The translations under genes and the position numbers were made by a program. From an uncultured delta proteobacterium (GTDB lineage: Bacteria; Myxococcota; Myxococcia; Myxococcales; Anaeromyxobacteraceae), in assembly GCA_963814585.1 (NCBI GenBank), contig CAWFDF010000004.1, forward strand, positions 352,001 through 416,000: a DNA stretch of 64,000 bases, in the 5' to 3' direction. Shown piece after piece: positions 19,988 to 29,663 of this stretch. Each line of letters opens with the position of its first letter. Position 1 is the first letter of the stretch. The notes under the pieces are model-generated. The model worked only from the letters and a program-made list of their open reading frames with translations. It had not been told where the DNA came from and searched no databases.

Positions 19988-21319
19988 TCAGACGCCGGCG
20001 ACGCTGACCCCCTCCAGCACCAGCGTCGGGGTGCGCAGCGCGGAGTAGGGGTAGGGATCGTTGCCCACCGCCACCAGCCGCTTCCAGAGCTCGAGGTGGT
20101 TTCCGGAGACGTTCATCTCGGAGATCGGCTCGCCCACCTGGCCGCCGGTGATCCGGTGGCCGTTGAGGCCGAGCGAGAAGTCGCCGGTGGTGGAGTTGGA
20201 GTTGCCGCCGATGAAGCCGGTCACCAGCAGCCCCTCGCCCACCGCGGCGACGAGCGCCTCGCGGTCCTTCGAGCCGGGCCCCCAGGCCAGGTTGGAGCTG
20301 CCCCGCGTGGTGGGGGCGACCTGGAGCTTCTTGCCGTAGTAGCTGTCGACGTAGAAGGCCCGCAGCGCGCCCTTCTCGAAGACCGGGAAGCGGCGCGCCG
20401 CCAGCCCCTCGTTGTCGAAGAGGCGGGAGCCGAGCGCCCGCGGCAGCAGCGGGTCGTCGGCCAGGTCGAGCAGCGGGCTGCCGATGACCACGCCCAGCTT
20501 GCCGTCGAAGCAGGACTGCTTCTGCTGCAGCGCCGCCCCGGAGAGCGGCCGGAGCAGGTGGGAGACCAGCGTGCCGGCGGCGCGGGGATCGATCACCAGC
20601 GTCATGGTGGCCGAGCTCCCCTTCTTCGCGCCGAGCCGGGCCAGGGCCCGCTCGGCGGCCCGCCGCCCCACCGCCTCCGCCGTCGGCAGCGAGGCCAGGT
20701 GGCGGGTGGTGGCCGCGTCCCAGTCCTCGGGCCGGCGGCCGTCGGCGTCCTTGACCGAGACCTCGCCGGAGACCGAGAAGGAGGTGGCTCGCCGCGTCCC
20801 CTCGAAGCCATTGCTCTGGACCCGCCAGGACTCGGCGAGGGCGTCGCCGAAGCCGGTGGTGACCGAGACGATGGCCTCGGCGCCCTTGACCTGGCGCGCC
20901 GCCGCCTCGGCGGCCTGCGCCAGCTCGCGCCGCCGCACCGCGCTCAGGCCGCCCAGGGCCGGATCGTCGAGCTGCAGGTCGACGCTGGCCTGCCCGGCGT
21001 AGAGCGCCGGGTCGGGCAGGGACCGGAAGGGGTCCTTCTCCAGCGTCCGGGTCAGCGCCACCGAGTCCTCGATGAAGCGCTGCAGCGCCTCCGGGCGCAG
21101 GTCCTTGGTGCTGACCGCGGCGTAGCGGCCGTCCACGTAGAGCTCCAGCGAGAGGCCGCGGGTGGTGGTGTCGGAGAGCTTCTCCACCTTGCCGTCGCGC
21201 CAGTCCACCGAGACCTCGCGGGCCCGGGCGGCCGTGGCCGCCGCCTCCTGCGCCCCCGCCTTCCTCGCCACCGCCGCGGCGCTGCGCGCCACCTCGAGCA
21301 TGTCGTTCCTCTGGCTCAT
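19988..21319 (-). CDS. pmbA: TldE/PmbA family protein
   Basis: FDNEG, GGNSNSTTGDFSLG, EMNVSGN; downstream of tldD. Confidence 0.9.
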   Translation of the reverse strand: MSQRNDMLEVARSAAAVARKAGAQEAAATAARAREVSVDWRDGKVEKLSDTTTRGLSLELYVDGRYAAVSTKDLRPEALQRFIEDSVALTRTLEKDPFRSLPDPALYAGQASVDLQLDDPALGGLSAVRRRELAQAAEAAARQVKGAEAIVSVTTGFGDALAESWRVQSNGFEGTRRATSFSVSGEVSVKDADGRRPEDWDAATTRHLASLPTAEAVGRRAAERALARLGAKKGSSATMTLVIDPRAAGTLVSHLLRPLSGAALQQKQSCFDGKLGVVIGSPLLDLADDPLLPRALGSRLFDNEGLAARRFPVFEKGALRAFYVDSYYGKKLQVAPTTRGSSNLAWGPGSKDREALVAAVGEGLLVTGFIGGNSNSTTGDFSLGLNGHRITGGQVGEPISEMNVSGNHLELWKRLVAVGNDPYPYSALRTPTLVLEGVSVAGV

Positions 21320-21327
21320 GGCGTCTC

Positions 21328-22872
21328 CTAGGCCTTGCCGCGGCCGCCGACGGTGATGGACGAGACCCGGATGGTGGGCAGCCCCTGCGAGACCGGTACG
21401 CCCTGCCCGTTCTTGCCGCAGGTCCAGCCCCCCTCGTCGATGGCGAGGTCGTCGGCCACCATGTCCACCTTCTCCAGGACCTTGGGGCCGTTGCCGATGA
21501 CGTTGACGTCCTTGACGGGCCGGGTGAGCTTGCCGTCCTCGATGAGGAAGCCGTTCTTCACGTAGAAGGTGAAGTCGCCGCCGCCGATGTTGACCTGGCC
21601 GTTGGTGAAGTTGGTGCAGTAGATCCCCTTCTTCACCGAGGCGATGATCTCGTCCTTCTTGTGCGGGCCGTTCTCCATGTAGGTCGAGCGCATGCGCGGC
21701 TGGGGGGCGAACTGGTAGCTCTGGCGGCGGCCGCTCCCGGTGGAGGCCAGGCCGTAGTGCCGGGCGCTGATGGCGTCGTGCAGGTAGGTCCGCAGCACGC
21801 CGCCCTCGACCAGCATGGTCCGGCCGGCCGGGTTCCCCTCGTCGTCCACGTTGATGGAGCCGCGGGCCCCCTCGATGGTGGCGTCGTCGACGATGTTCAC
21901 GAAGGGCTGGGCGATGGGCTTGCCGATCTTGTCGGAGTAGATGGAGGTGTTCTTGCGGTTGAAGTCGGCCTCCATGCCGTGGCCGATGGCCTCGTGGAGC
22001 AGGATCCCGGAGGAGCCGGCGGCCAGCACCACCGGGATCTCGCCGGCCGGCGCCGGGACCGCCTCGAAGAGGACGGTGGTGCGGGCCACCGCCTCCCTCA
22101 CCACCCGCGCCAGGCGATCCGGCGTGTAGTACTCGAGGCCGGCGCGCCCGGCCACGTTGTAGTAGCCCGACTCGCGCTTGCCGCCCTGCTCGGCCACGCA
22201 GCTGAGGACGAGCCGGGTCATGGGCTGCAGGTCCTCGACCAGCCGTCCCTGCGAGTCGGCAATGAGCACGGCGCCGTACTCGTCGCCGAAGGAGACGGTG
22301 GCCTTCTTGATGCGCGGGTCGGCGGCGAAGGCCCGGGCGTTGAGGTCGGTGAGCAGCGGGATCTTCTGCCCCGGCCGCACCTCGTCCCAGCGCAGCCGGA
22401 CCGGGTAGCGGGAGGGGAGCCGGCCGGCGACGCGGAAGCGCTGCGGCGCGGCGCCCGACGGGCCGTCGGCGATGGCGGCGGCGGTGAGGGCGCACTCGCG
22501 GACGGCGGCCGGGTCGAGGTCCTCGGTGAAGCCGTACCCCTGCTGGTCGCCCTTGACGGCGCGGACCCCGAGGCCCAGCTCGACGTTGACGAAGGCGCGG
22601 TTCACGGCGCCGTCCTCCAGCGTCAGGCTGGAGGAGACCCGGTGCTGCACGAAGACGTCGGCGGTGTCGGCCCCGCGCGACAGCGCCGCGGCGATGGCCC
22701 CGGCCAGCAGCGCCTCGTCGATGCCGAAGCGGCCGAAGTAGGAGATCCCCTCGCTGGCCCCCGGCGGCCGCACCGCCGCGCAGGCCAGCAGGTCGCCGGC
22801 GCCGGCGATGGCCAGCCCGGCGCCCGAGAGCTCGAGAAATCTCCGCCGTCCCATCCGTTCGCCGCTCGCCAT
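21328..22872 (-). CDS. tldD: TldD family metalloprotease with Tat signal peptide
   Basis: HEAIGHGMEAD, GSINVDDEG, GWTCGKNGQGVPVSQGLPT; N-terminal GRRRFL. Confidence 0.92.
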   Translation of the reverse strand: MASGERMGRRRFLELSGAGLAIAGAGDLLACAAVRPPGASEGISYFGRFGIDEALLAGAIAAALSRGADTADVFVQHRVSSSLTLEDGAVNRAFVNVELGLGVRAVKGDQQGYGFTEDLDPAAVRECALTAAAIADGPSGAAPQRFRVAGRLPSRYPVRLRWDEVRPGQKIPLLTDLNARAFAADPRIKKATVSFGDEYGAVLIADSQGRLVEDLQPMTRLVLSCVAEQGGKRESGYYNVAGRAGLEYYTPDRLARVVREAVARTTVLFEAVPAPAGEIPVVLAAGSSGILLHEAIGHGMEADFNRKNTSIYSDKIGKPIAQPFVNIVDDATIEGARGSINVDDEGNPAGRTMLVEGGVLRTYLHDAISARHYGLASTGSGRRQSYQFAPQPRMRSTYMENGPHKKDEIIASVKKGIYCTNFTNGQVNIGGGDFTFYVKNGFLIEDGKLTRPVKDVNVIGNGPKVLEKVDMVADDLAIDEGGWTCGKNGQGVPVSQGLPTIRVSSITVGGRGKA

Positions 22873-23047
22873 GCGTCATCCTCCTCGGGACACCGGGTGG
22901 GCCCGGCGCCTGCGCGTCAGGGTACCCCCGGCGCCGCTGCCCCGCAGGAGGAAACGCCCGCCCTCCGGCGCGCGACCCGGGGGGTCAGGATGGGAGGCGG
23001 GAAGAGCCGGTCCGTGACACCCCCACCTCCGCTATCCTGCCGGCTCC

Positions 23048-24343
23048 ATGCCTCCCCCCCCGGCCGCCGCGCCGCCCGCGCCCCGCTCGCTCTTCGCCGG
23101 CGCCGCCGGCCAGGCGCTGCTGGTGCTCTCGGTCGTCAACCTGCTCAACTACCTCGACCGCTTCGTGGTCTCGGCGCTGGCCGAGAGCCTCAAGCGCTCC
23201 GCGCTCCAGCTCTCCGACACCCGGCTCGGCCTGCTCATGACCGGCTTCGTGGTGGTCTACATGCTGGCCTCGCCGGTCTTCGGCGCCCTCGGCGACCGCC
23301 GCGCCCGCCCGCCGCTGGTGGCGCTGGGTGTCTTCACCTGGAGCCTCGCCACCGTGCTGGCCGGCTTCGCCGGCAGCTTCCTCGCCCTCTTCCTGGCGCG
23401 CGCCGCGGTCGGCATCGGCGAGGCGGCCTACGGCACCATCGCTCCCGGCCTGCTCGCCGACCTCTACCCGAGGACCCGGCGGGGCCGCGTCATGGCGGTC
23501 TTCTTCGCCGCCATCCCCGTCGGCGCCGCCCTCGGCTACGTCGTCGGAGGCCTGGTCGACCACGCCCTCGGCTGGCGGGCCGCCTTCTTCGTCGCCGGCG
23601 CGCCCGGGCTGCTGCTGGCGCTGCTCTGCCTCCGGCTGCCCGACCCGCCGCGCGGCGGACAGGACGAGGCGCCCGCCGAGGCGCCGCCCACCACCGCCGC
23701 CACCTACCGCGACCTGTTCCGCAACCGGGGCTACCTGGTCACCGTGCTCGGCTACGCCGCCTACACCTTCGCGGTGGGCGGGATGGCCTTCTGGATGCCG
23801 TCGTTCCTGGAGCGGGTGCGCGGGGTGCCGCCCGCCGAGGCCACCGTCCAGTTCGGCGCCATCGTGGTGGTCACCGGGTTCGCCGGCACCTTCGCGGGAG
23901 GCTGGCTCGGCGACTTCCTGCTCCGCCGCTCGGCGCAGGCCTACCTCTGGCTCTCCGGCGTCACCGCGCTGCTGGCCGCCCCGCTGGCCTGGGTCGCCTT
24001 CACCGATCCCCGCCCGGCGGCCTACCTGCCGGCGATGGTGGTGGCGGAGCTGCTCCTCTTCGCCTCCACCGGCCCCATCAACTCGGCCATCCTGAACGAG
24101 GTCCGCCCCGGCGAGCGGGCCACCGCGGTGGCGCTCAGCATCCTCACCATCCACCTGTTCGGCGACGTCCCGTCGCCGCCGATGATCGGCTGGATCTCCG
24201 ACCGCTCGTCGCTCGACCGCGGCGTCCTGGTGGTGCCGGTCGCCATCTTCCTGGCCGGCGCGATCTGGACGCTCGAGGCCTGGCTGGCGGGGCGCCGGAG
24301 GGGGCCGGCCCCGCCGGTGGCGCCCGCCCCCGGCGCCGATTAG
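23048..24343 (+). CDS. MFS transporter (spinster-like)
   Basis: NLLNYLDR, GALGDRRAR, ARAAVGIGEA; about 12 TM. Confidence 0.9.
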   Translation: MPPPPAAAPPAPRSLFAGAAGQALLVLSVVNLLNYLDRFVVSALAESLKRSALQLSDTRLGLLMTGFVVVYMLASPVFGALGDRRARPPLVALGVFTWSLATVLAGFAGSFLALFLARAAVGIGEAAYGTIAPGLLADLYPRTRRGRVMAVFFAAIPVGAALGYVVGGLVDHALGWRAAFFVAGAPGLLLALLCLRLPDPPRGGQDEAPAEAPPTTAATYRDLFRNRGYLVTVLGYAAYTFAVGGMAFWMPSFLERVRGVPPAEATVQFGAIVVVTGFAGTFAGGWLGDFLLRRSAQAYLWLSGVTALLAAPLAWVAFTDPRPAAYLPAMVVAELLLFASTGPINSAILNEVRPGERATAVALSILTIHLFGDVPSPPMIGWISDRSSLDRGVLVVPVAIFLAGAIWTLEAWLAGRRRGPAPPVAPAPGAD

Positions 24344-24361
24344 GCGAGGGGGGAGGTCCAC

Positions 24362-25263
24362 ATGGCCACCCACGTCCCGCGCTCCGTCCTCGCCGTCATC
24401 CCCGCCACCGAGACCCTGGAAGGGGCTGGCTTCAGGGTTCGCCGCCCCTTCCCGACCCGGCCGCTCGACCACCTCGATCCCTTCCTGCTCCTCGACGAGA
24501 TGGGGCCGATGGACCTCTCGCCCGGTGAGGCCAAGGGAGCGCCGGACCACCCGCACCGCGGCTTCGAGACCGTCACCTACCTGCTGTCCGGCGAGTTCGT
24601 CCACCGCGACTCGCAGGGCGGTGGCGGCGTGATCCGGCCCGGCGAGGTGCAGTGGATGACGGCCGGCGCCGGCGTGGTCCACTCCGAGATGCCCAGCGCC
24701 GCCTTCCAGAGGACCGGTGGACGGATGCACGGCTTCCAGCTCTGGGTGAACCTGCCGCGCAGCGAGAAGCTGGTGCCGCCCCGCTACCAGGGGCTGGGCG
24801 GGGCCACCCTGCCCACCGCACGCAGCGCCGACGGGCTGGCCGGGGTGAAGGTGATCGCCGGCGAGGCGCTGGGCGCCCGCGCCGCCACGGCGACGCACAC
24901 GCCCATCCTCTACGTCCACGCCACGCTCCAGCCCGGGGGCACCCTGGCGCTGCCGGTGGCGAGGGGCTGGACCGCCTTCACCTACGTCTTCGAGGGGCGG
25001 GCCCGCGTCGGCCGCGACGGGCGGGCGGCCGGCCCGGGCTCGATGGTGATCCTGAAGGACGACGGCGACGAGGTCTCCCTGGCCGCCGACGGCGACGCCC
25101 CGGCGCAGGCGCTGGTGCTGGCCGGGAAGCCGATCGGCGAGCCGGTGGCGCGCTACGGACCGTTCGTCATGAGCACCGAGCAGGAGCTGCGCCAGGCCTT
25201 CGCCGACTACCAGGCCGGCCGGATGGGCGGATCCCGGCCGAGGTGGCGCGCGAGGAGGCCTGA
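24362..25263 (+). CDS. Pirin family protein (probable 1-nt deletion near 25225; uncorrected ORF runs to 25390)
   Basis: DPFLLLDE, HPHRGFETVTY, QWMTAGAGVVHSE, YGPFVM; adding one G gives ...GRMGRIPAEVAREEA* and removes the overlap with the opposite-strand gene. Confidence 0.88.
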
Positions 25264-25278
25264 GGACGGGACCGCGGC

Positions 25279-25842
25279 TCAGGGCGTCCCGGACCCCGGC
25301 GCCCGGCCGGGGCCCGCGGGCTGGAGGGTCCTGGCCAGCCTGCCGGTCTCGTACCCCTGGGCCTGCAGGCGCGCCAGGATGGCCTGGTAGGTGGCCTCGG
25401 GCATCGCGGGCGTGCGGCTCAAGATCCACAGGTAGTCGCGGTTGGGATGGCCGACCACGGCGAACTCGTAGTCGGCCCCGAGGTCGACGATCCAGTAGTC
25501 GCCCCAGAAGGGCCGGAAGAAGCTCACCTCCAGCCTGGCGTTGCTGACGCGGTCCACCACCCGGGCGCGCCCCCGGGCCGACCTCTCCTGGCCGTCGAGC
25601 GCGTCCTGGCGGCAGCGGTTGAGCACGTCGATCTGGCCGTCGTCACGGATCGTGTACGTGGCGGTGGTGGCGGTGCAGCCGCGCTGGAAGCTCTGGGGGA
25701 AGCTGGCGATCTCGTACCAGGTCCCGACGTAGCGCCCCAGCTCGACGCGCTCCACCGTCCGAAGCGGCGGGAGGCGGAGGCGCTCGGTGGTGGTGGTGGC
25801 GCAGCCGGCCAGGAGCGTGAGCAGGGCGGTGACGAGCCACAT
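25279..25842 (-). CDS. blc: Bacterial lipocalin lipoprotein (Blc-like)
   Basis: Lipobox LLAGC, RYVGTWYEIA, FQRGC, GDYWIV, YLWILSRTP; GAGGAG RBS before ATG. Confidence 0.9.
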   Translation of the reverse strand: MWLVTALLTLLAGCATTTTERLRLPPLRTVERVELGRYVGTWYEIASFPQSFQRGCTATTATYTIRDDGQIDVLNRCRQDALDGQERSARGRARVVDRVSNARLEVSFFRPFWGDYWIVDLGADYEFAVVGHPNRDYLWILSRTPAMPEATYQAILARLQAQGYETGRLARTLQPAGPGRAPGSGTP

Positions 25843-26313
25843 GGCGTGTGCTCCTCGGCCTCGGCGCCCGCGCAGGAAGCCGTGCAGCCGGTGGAACCAG
25901 CCGGCGTCCGGAAGGGCCATGAACGGGCAGAGGCCGGTGACCGGCTCGACGCCGGCCGCCTGGCAGGCGGCAACCGCCTCCGGGTTCGACGCACCGGCGC
26001 CTCCGCCGCGGTGGAACCAGAGCCGGCGAACGCCGGCGGCCAGCGCCTCCTCGGCGGCGGCGGCGGTCTGGCCCGGCGCGGTGAAGAAGATGGCCCCGTC
26101 CACGGGCGGCGCCACGTCCTTCACCCGGGCGAAGGCGGTCCGCCCATCCAGCTGGGCGCCGGCCGCCGCCGGGTTGACCGGCACCACGTCGTAGCCTCGC
26201 TTCAGGAGCTCGCGCTGCACCATCCGGGAGAAGTCCTTCTCGTCCCGCGACACCCCGACCAGCGCCAGCCGCTTCTGCGCCAGCATCTCCCGGGCCCGCT
26301 CCAGCGTGTTCAT
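25843..26313 (-). CDS. CoA-binding (YccU-like) protein; no stop codon, reads in frame into the lipocalin
   Basis: LALVGVSR, GYDVVPVNP, GVRRLWF, GLCPFM; GGAGG RBS. Confidence 0.8.
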
Positions 26314-26350
26314 CGGATCGCCTCCGTCCTCGTGTGGCCACGCCCGCCGG

Positions 26351-27451
26351 TCACAGGGCCTCCCCGAACCTCGCCGCCCCGAGCGCGCGCCCCAGCGCGG
26401 CGTCGCTGCCGGGATCCCCGCCCGGGAGCGACAGGTGCAGGTGGAGGCAGACGCCGTCACGGTAGCGCCAGGCGGAGAGGTGCCGCGTGGGCGCTCCCTC
26501 GTCGCGCACCGTGTACCAGGCCCGCGCCTCGCCGGCGCTCACCTCGAGCCGCGCGTCGCCCACCCCCTCCAGCTTCACCATCCGTGCCCAGTCGAGGTCC
26601 CGGCAGGACTCGGCGCTGCGCCGCCCCTGCGACTCGACCAGGGACGCCGAGAGGATCAGGCCGTCGGACTGGCGCTGCCCGAGCACCGAGACGCCGCTGC
26701 CGTCGAACCGGCGGATCGGCTCGGCCACCCTCCACCCGGCCAGGTCGAGGAGCAACGACCATGGCCTTCCCGGCAGCTCGAGCTCCAGCGGCTCGACGCC
26801 CTGGACGGCCCAGCTGGACGGGTCGGCGCTCCTCCGGCTGGGCGGCTCGGACGGAGCCGACGACCGGGCGGGCCGGTGGCTGGCGCCCGAGACCAGCCCC
26901 AGGGCCACGGCGCGATGCGGGCCGTCGCCGTCGTCGAGCAGGCCGAAGGCGAGGACCAGCGGCCCGGCCACCACCGCGCCCTCGACGATGCAGCGGTACT
27001 CGTCTGGATCGGGGGCCCGCCGGCTCTCCACCAGCTCCCGGTCGGTGGAGGTGAAGTACCAGCCCCGCAGCCCCGGTGGCCCGAGCGGCAGGATGGGGAT
27101 TTCCTGCTCGAGCGCCCCGTCCAGCGCCCGGTCGCGCGACGCCTCGACCAGCATGCGGGCCACCTCGGGATCGAGCGCCTCGGCCGGCTCGCCTGGCCCC
27201 CAGAGCGGCGTGACCGTGAGGACGTGGTGGCCGGTGGGCGGCTCGAACCGGATCGACACCGGCGCCGCCGGCTCGGCCTCGGCGCTGGTGGCCTTCCACC
27301 CGTCCGGGACCAGGAAGACCACCTCGCCCCGCTCGCCGACGTCGACCGCCAGCCTGACGCCAGCCGGCGCCGCCCTGGCCGGCGGCGAGCCGGCGTGGGC
27401 GCAGGCGGTCACGGCGACGGCGAGGAGGACGGCGGCCGGGGAGCGACGCAT
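26351..27451 (-). CDS. Hypothetical lipoprotein
   Basis: MRRSPAAVLLAVAVTAC lipobox; GC3-biased frame; possibly two tandem domains. Confidence 0.6.
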   Translation of the reverse strand: MRRSPAAVLLAVAVTACAHAGSPPARAAPAGVRLAVDVGERGEVVFLVPDGWKATSAEAEPAAPVSIRFEPPTGHHVLTVTPLWGPGEPAEALDPEVARMLVEASRDRALDGALEQEIPILPLGPPGLRGWYFTSTDRELVESRRAPDPDEYRCIVEGAVVAGPLVLAFGLLDDGDGPHRAVALGLVSGASHRPARSSAPSEPPSRRSADPSSWAVQGVEPLELELPGRPWSLLLDLAGWRVAEPIRRFDGSGVSVLGQRQSDGLILSASLVESQGRRSAESCRDLDWARMVKLEGVGDARLEVSAGEARAWYTVRDEGAPTRHLSAWRYRDGVCLHLHLSLPGGDPGSDAALGRALGAARFGEAL

Positions 27452-27491
27452 ACCCTCGTGTTCTATCCCGTGCGCCGTGCCCGGGCGAGGC

Positions 27492-28094
27492 ATGATGTGG
27501 GTCGTGAAGAGGACCGCCCGGCTGGCGCTGGCCAATCTCGAGCTCCTGGTCGAGGCGGTGCGCGCCATCGCGCCGGAGCGCGGGCTGGCGCTGGAGCTGG
27601 GGAGTGGCAGCGGCGAGCACGCGCTGGCGCTGGCCCGCGCCTTCCCGGCGCTCGTCTGGCAACCCTCCGACCCCGATCCGGCCGCCCGGGCCAGCATCGC
27701 CGCCTGGCGAGACGAGGCGCGACTCCCCAACCTGCGGCCGCCGCTCGACCTCGACCTGCTGTCGCCGGCCTGGCGCCGCGTCGCCGCCGACCTGCTGCTC
27801 TGCGTGAACGTGCTCCACGTGGCGCCGCCGACCGCCGGCGTGGCGCTCCTCGACGGCGCCGCCGCGCTGGCCCCGGGCGTGGCGCTGCTCCTCTACGGCC
27901 CGTTCCTGGACGGGCCGCCGCCGCCACGCCTGGCCCGCTTCGACGCCGAGCTGCGAGCGCACGACCCCTCGCTCGGCATCCGGCCGCTGGCGTCGCTGCT
28001 CTCGGCGGCCAGCGCCCGCGGCCTCCTCCTCGAGTCCCGCCGGACGGGGCGCGAGCCGGGCGACGTCCTGCTGGTGTTTCGCCGCGGGCCCTGA
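27492..28094 (+). CDS. DUF938-family SAM-dependent methyltransferase
   Basis: LELGSGSGEHA, WQPSD, NVLH, LYGPF, FDAELR..DPSLGIR. Confidence 0.85.
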   Translation: MMWVVKRTARLALANLELLVEAVRAIAPERGLALELGSGSGEHALALARAFPALVWQPSDPDPAARASIAAWRDEARLPNLRPPLDLDLLSPAWRRVAADLLLCVNVLHVAPPTAGVALLDGAAALAPGVALLLYGPFLDGPPPPRLARFDAELRAHDPSLGIRPLASLLSAASARGLLLESRRTGREPGDVLLVFRRGP

Positions 28095-28197
28095 CGGCGC
28101 CACGCTCCGGGGCGAGACGGGAGAAGCGCCCGGACGGCCTGGATGGCCGCGCGGGCGCTTCGGGTACCAAGGCCGGACCGGCCGGCGGTCGCAGCGA

Positions 28198-28476
28198 CTA
28201 CTTCTTGTGGCACTCAGCGCACTTGGTCGGGCCCTTCTGGCCTTCCTTGTGGCAGGTCTGGCAGAGGGCGTGGGCCTTGTCCTTCCCCATCTTGCCGATG
28301 GCCTTCGGCTCGCCCGCGCCGTGGCACTTGTCGCAGGCCACCGGCTTGTGGGTGTCGTGCTTGAAGGTGACGTTGCCCTGCTTGGCCTCCAGGACCTTCG
28401 GCGCGGTCGGGGCGTTGGCGGCCTGGACGGCGACGGCGAAGAGGACGGCGGCGACGGCGAACATGAAGCGCTTCAT
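28198..28476 (-). CDS. Periplasmic triheme cytochrome c7 (PpcA-like)
   Basis: Signal peptide; GNVTFKHDTH; CDKCH, CQTCH, CAECH; GPTKC; AAGGAG RBS. Confidence 0.92.
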   Translation of the reverse strand: MKRFMFAVAAVLFAVAVQAANAPTAPKVLEAKQGNVTFKHDTHKPVACDKCHGAGEPKAIGKMGKDKAHALCQTCHKEGQKGPTKCAECHKK

Positions 28477-28549
28477 GGTGTGCTCCTTCGAGAGTGTCCG
28501 GTGAAGCCCGGGAACGCGCAATCTACACGGACGGTGGAGCCGCCCCGTT

Positions 28550-28587
28550 GCGGCATTGGGACGCATGCGGGTGCGGCAATCCGTCGC
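28550..28587. promoter_or_regulatory. Two tandem RegA/PrrA/RegR-type boxes upstream of the cytochrome c7 gene
   Basis: GCGGC-attgg-GACGC (28550-28564) and GCGGC-aatcc-GTCGC (28573-28587); minus-strand TAGATT at 28520-28525. Confidence 0.5.
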
Positions 28588-28649
28588 GGGGTGGGCCGCG
28601 TCGCCGGGTGGCGAGGTGGGAGCGCGGCGTGACGCTCCGTGTTGATGGG

Positions 28650-29510
28650 TCAGGCGACCTGGACCGCGTAGCGGGCGTTGTGGCCGAAGAGCGCCAGCTG
28701 GGCCCCCTCCAGCTCGGACAGGGTCAGCAACCTGCGCTCGAGGAAGAACTGGCCGATGCGGCGCTGCCCCTGGCTCTGGCGACCGACCAGCGCGAGCAGC
28801 TGCGCGCGGGTGAGGAAGCCGCGGCGCACGGCGAACTGCCCGAACGGCTCGGCCTGCACCCCCTCGCGCCTCCTCCGCTCCAGCAGGTCGGTGACGTCGC
28901 GCTGGCCGAGCATCCCCAGGTCGATCGCCAGCCGGCCGAGGGCGGGGCGCTGCCCGCGCTGCCAGGCCAGCGCGGCGACGTAGTCCTGCCAGCTGGCCCG
29001 CCCGGAGTAGTAGAGGAACTCGGCGAAGCGCAGCCGGCGGCGCGGCAGCCGCGGCCCGGGGCCCTGGGCGGCGCGAGCGGTCGGAGGCGGCGAGGGGCGT
29101 GGTGCCGGGGCGCGGGCCGCCGGGGGCGCGGCGGCGCGCGAGGGGCCGTGCCCGGGCGAGACGGTGCCCGGAGCCCTGCCGGGAGGCGACGGCGCGCGAG
29201 GGGCCGTGCCCGGGCGAGATGGAGCGCCCGGAGCCGGGCGGGGAGGTGACGGCGCGCCCCGCGTCGCGGCATACGACTCGAGCAGCGCGAACGCCTCGGT
29301 CACCGCCCGGAACTCGCGCTGCAGCACCGCCTCGCTCTTGCCGAGGACGGCAGCGCGATCGGGGTGCGTCTCGAGCACGCGCCGGTGCCAGGCGGACCGG
29401 AGGCCCTCGCGCCAGGCGGGACCGTGGACGGCCGCGGCGAAGCCGGGTCCGAAGAGGACCGTGCCCGCCCGGACCAGCTCCTCCCAGCTCACCTCGCGCT
29501 GCGCCACCAT
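28650..29510 (-). CDS. DnaJ (J)-domain protein
   Basis: LRSAWHRRVLETHPDR...FRAVTEAFALL; Pro-rich linker; C-terminal LGRLAIDLGML/FGQFAVRRGFLT repeats. Confidence 0.8.
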   Translation of the reverse strand: MVAQREVSWEELVRAGTVLFGPGFAAAVHGPAWREGLRSAWHRRVLETHPDRAAVLGKSEAVLQREFRAVTEAFALLESYAATRGAPSPPRPAPGAPSRPGTAPRAPSPPGRAPGTVSPGHGPSRAAAPPAARAPAPRPSPPPTARAAQGPGPRLPRRRLRFAEFLYYSGRASWQDYVAALAWQRGQRPALGRLAIDLGMLGQRDVTDLLERRRREGVQAEPFGQFAVRRGFLTRAQLLALVGRQSQGQRRIGQFFLERRLLTLSELEGAQLALFGHNARYAVQVA

Positions 29511-29663
29511 CGCCCCCTGGGGTCCCCGGCCGATATCGGCGGGAATCTAGGATCGCGGCCGGGGGAGGCGAGTTTTCGGCCGGTCGGATCCGGCCGTGCT
29601 GCAAGTGGATTTTGATCCGCTGCCCTCTTTCAAGGCAGCGTGCCCGGGTGCCATAACGCCCGC

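Noticed and set aside
25263..25390. Pirin C-terminal extension overlapping the lipocalin
   Set aside because: Better explained by a 1-nt deletion in a G run near 25225
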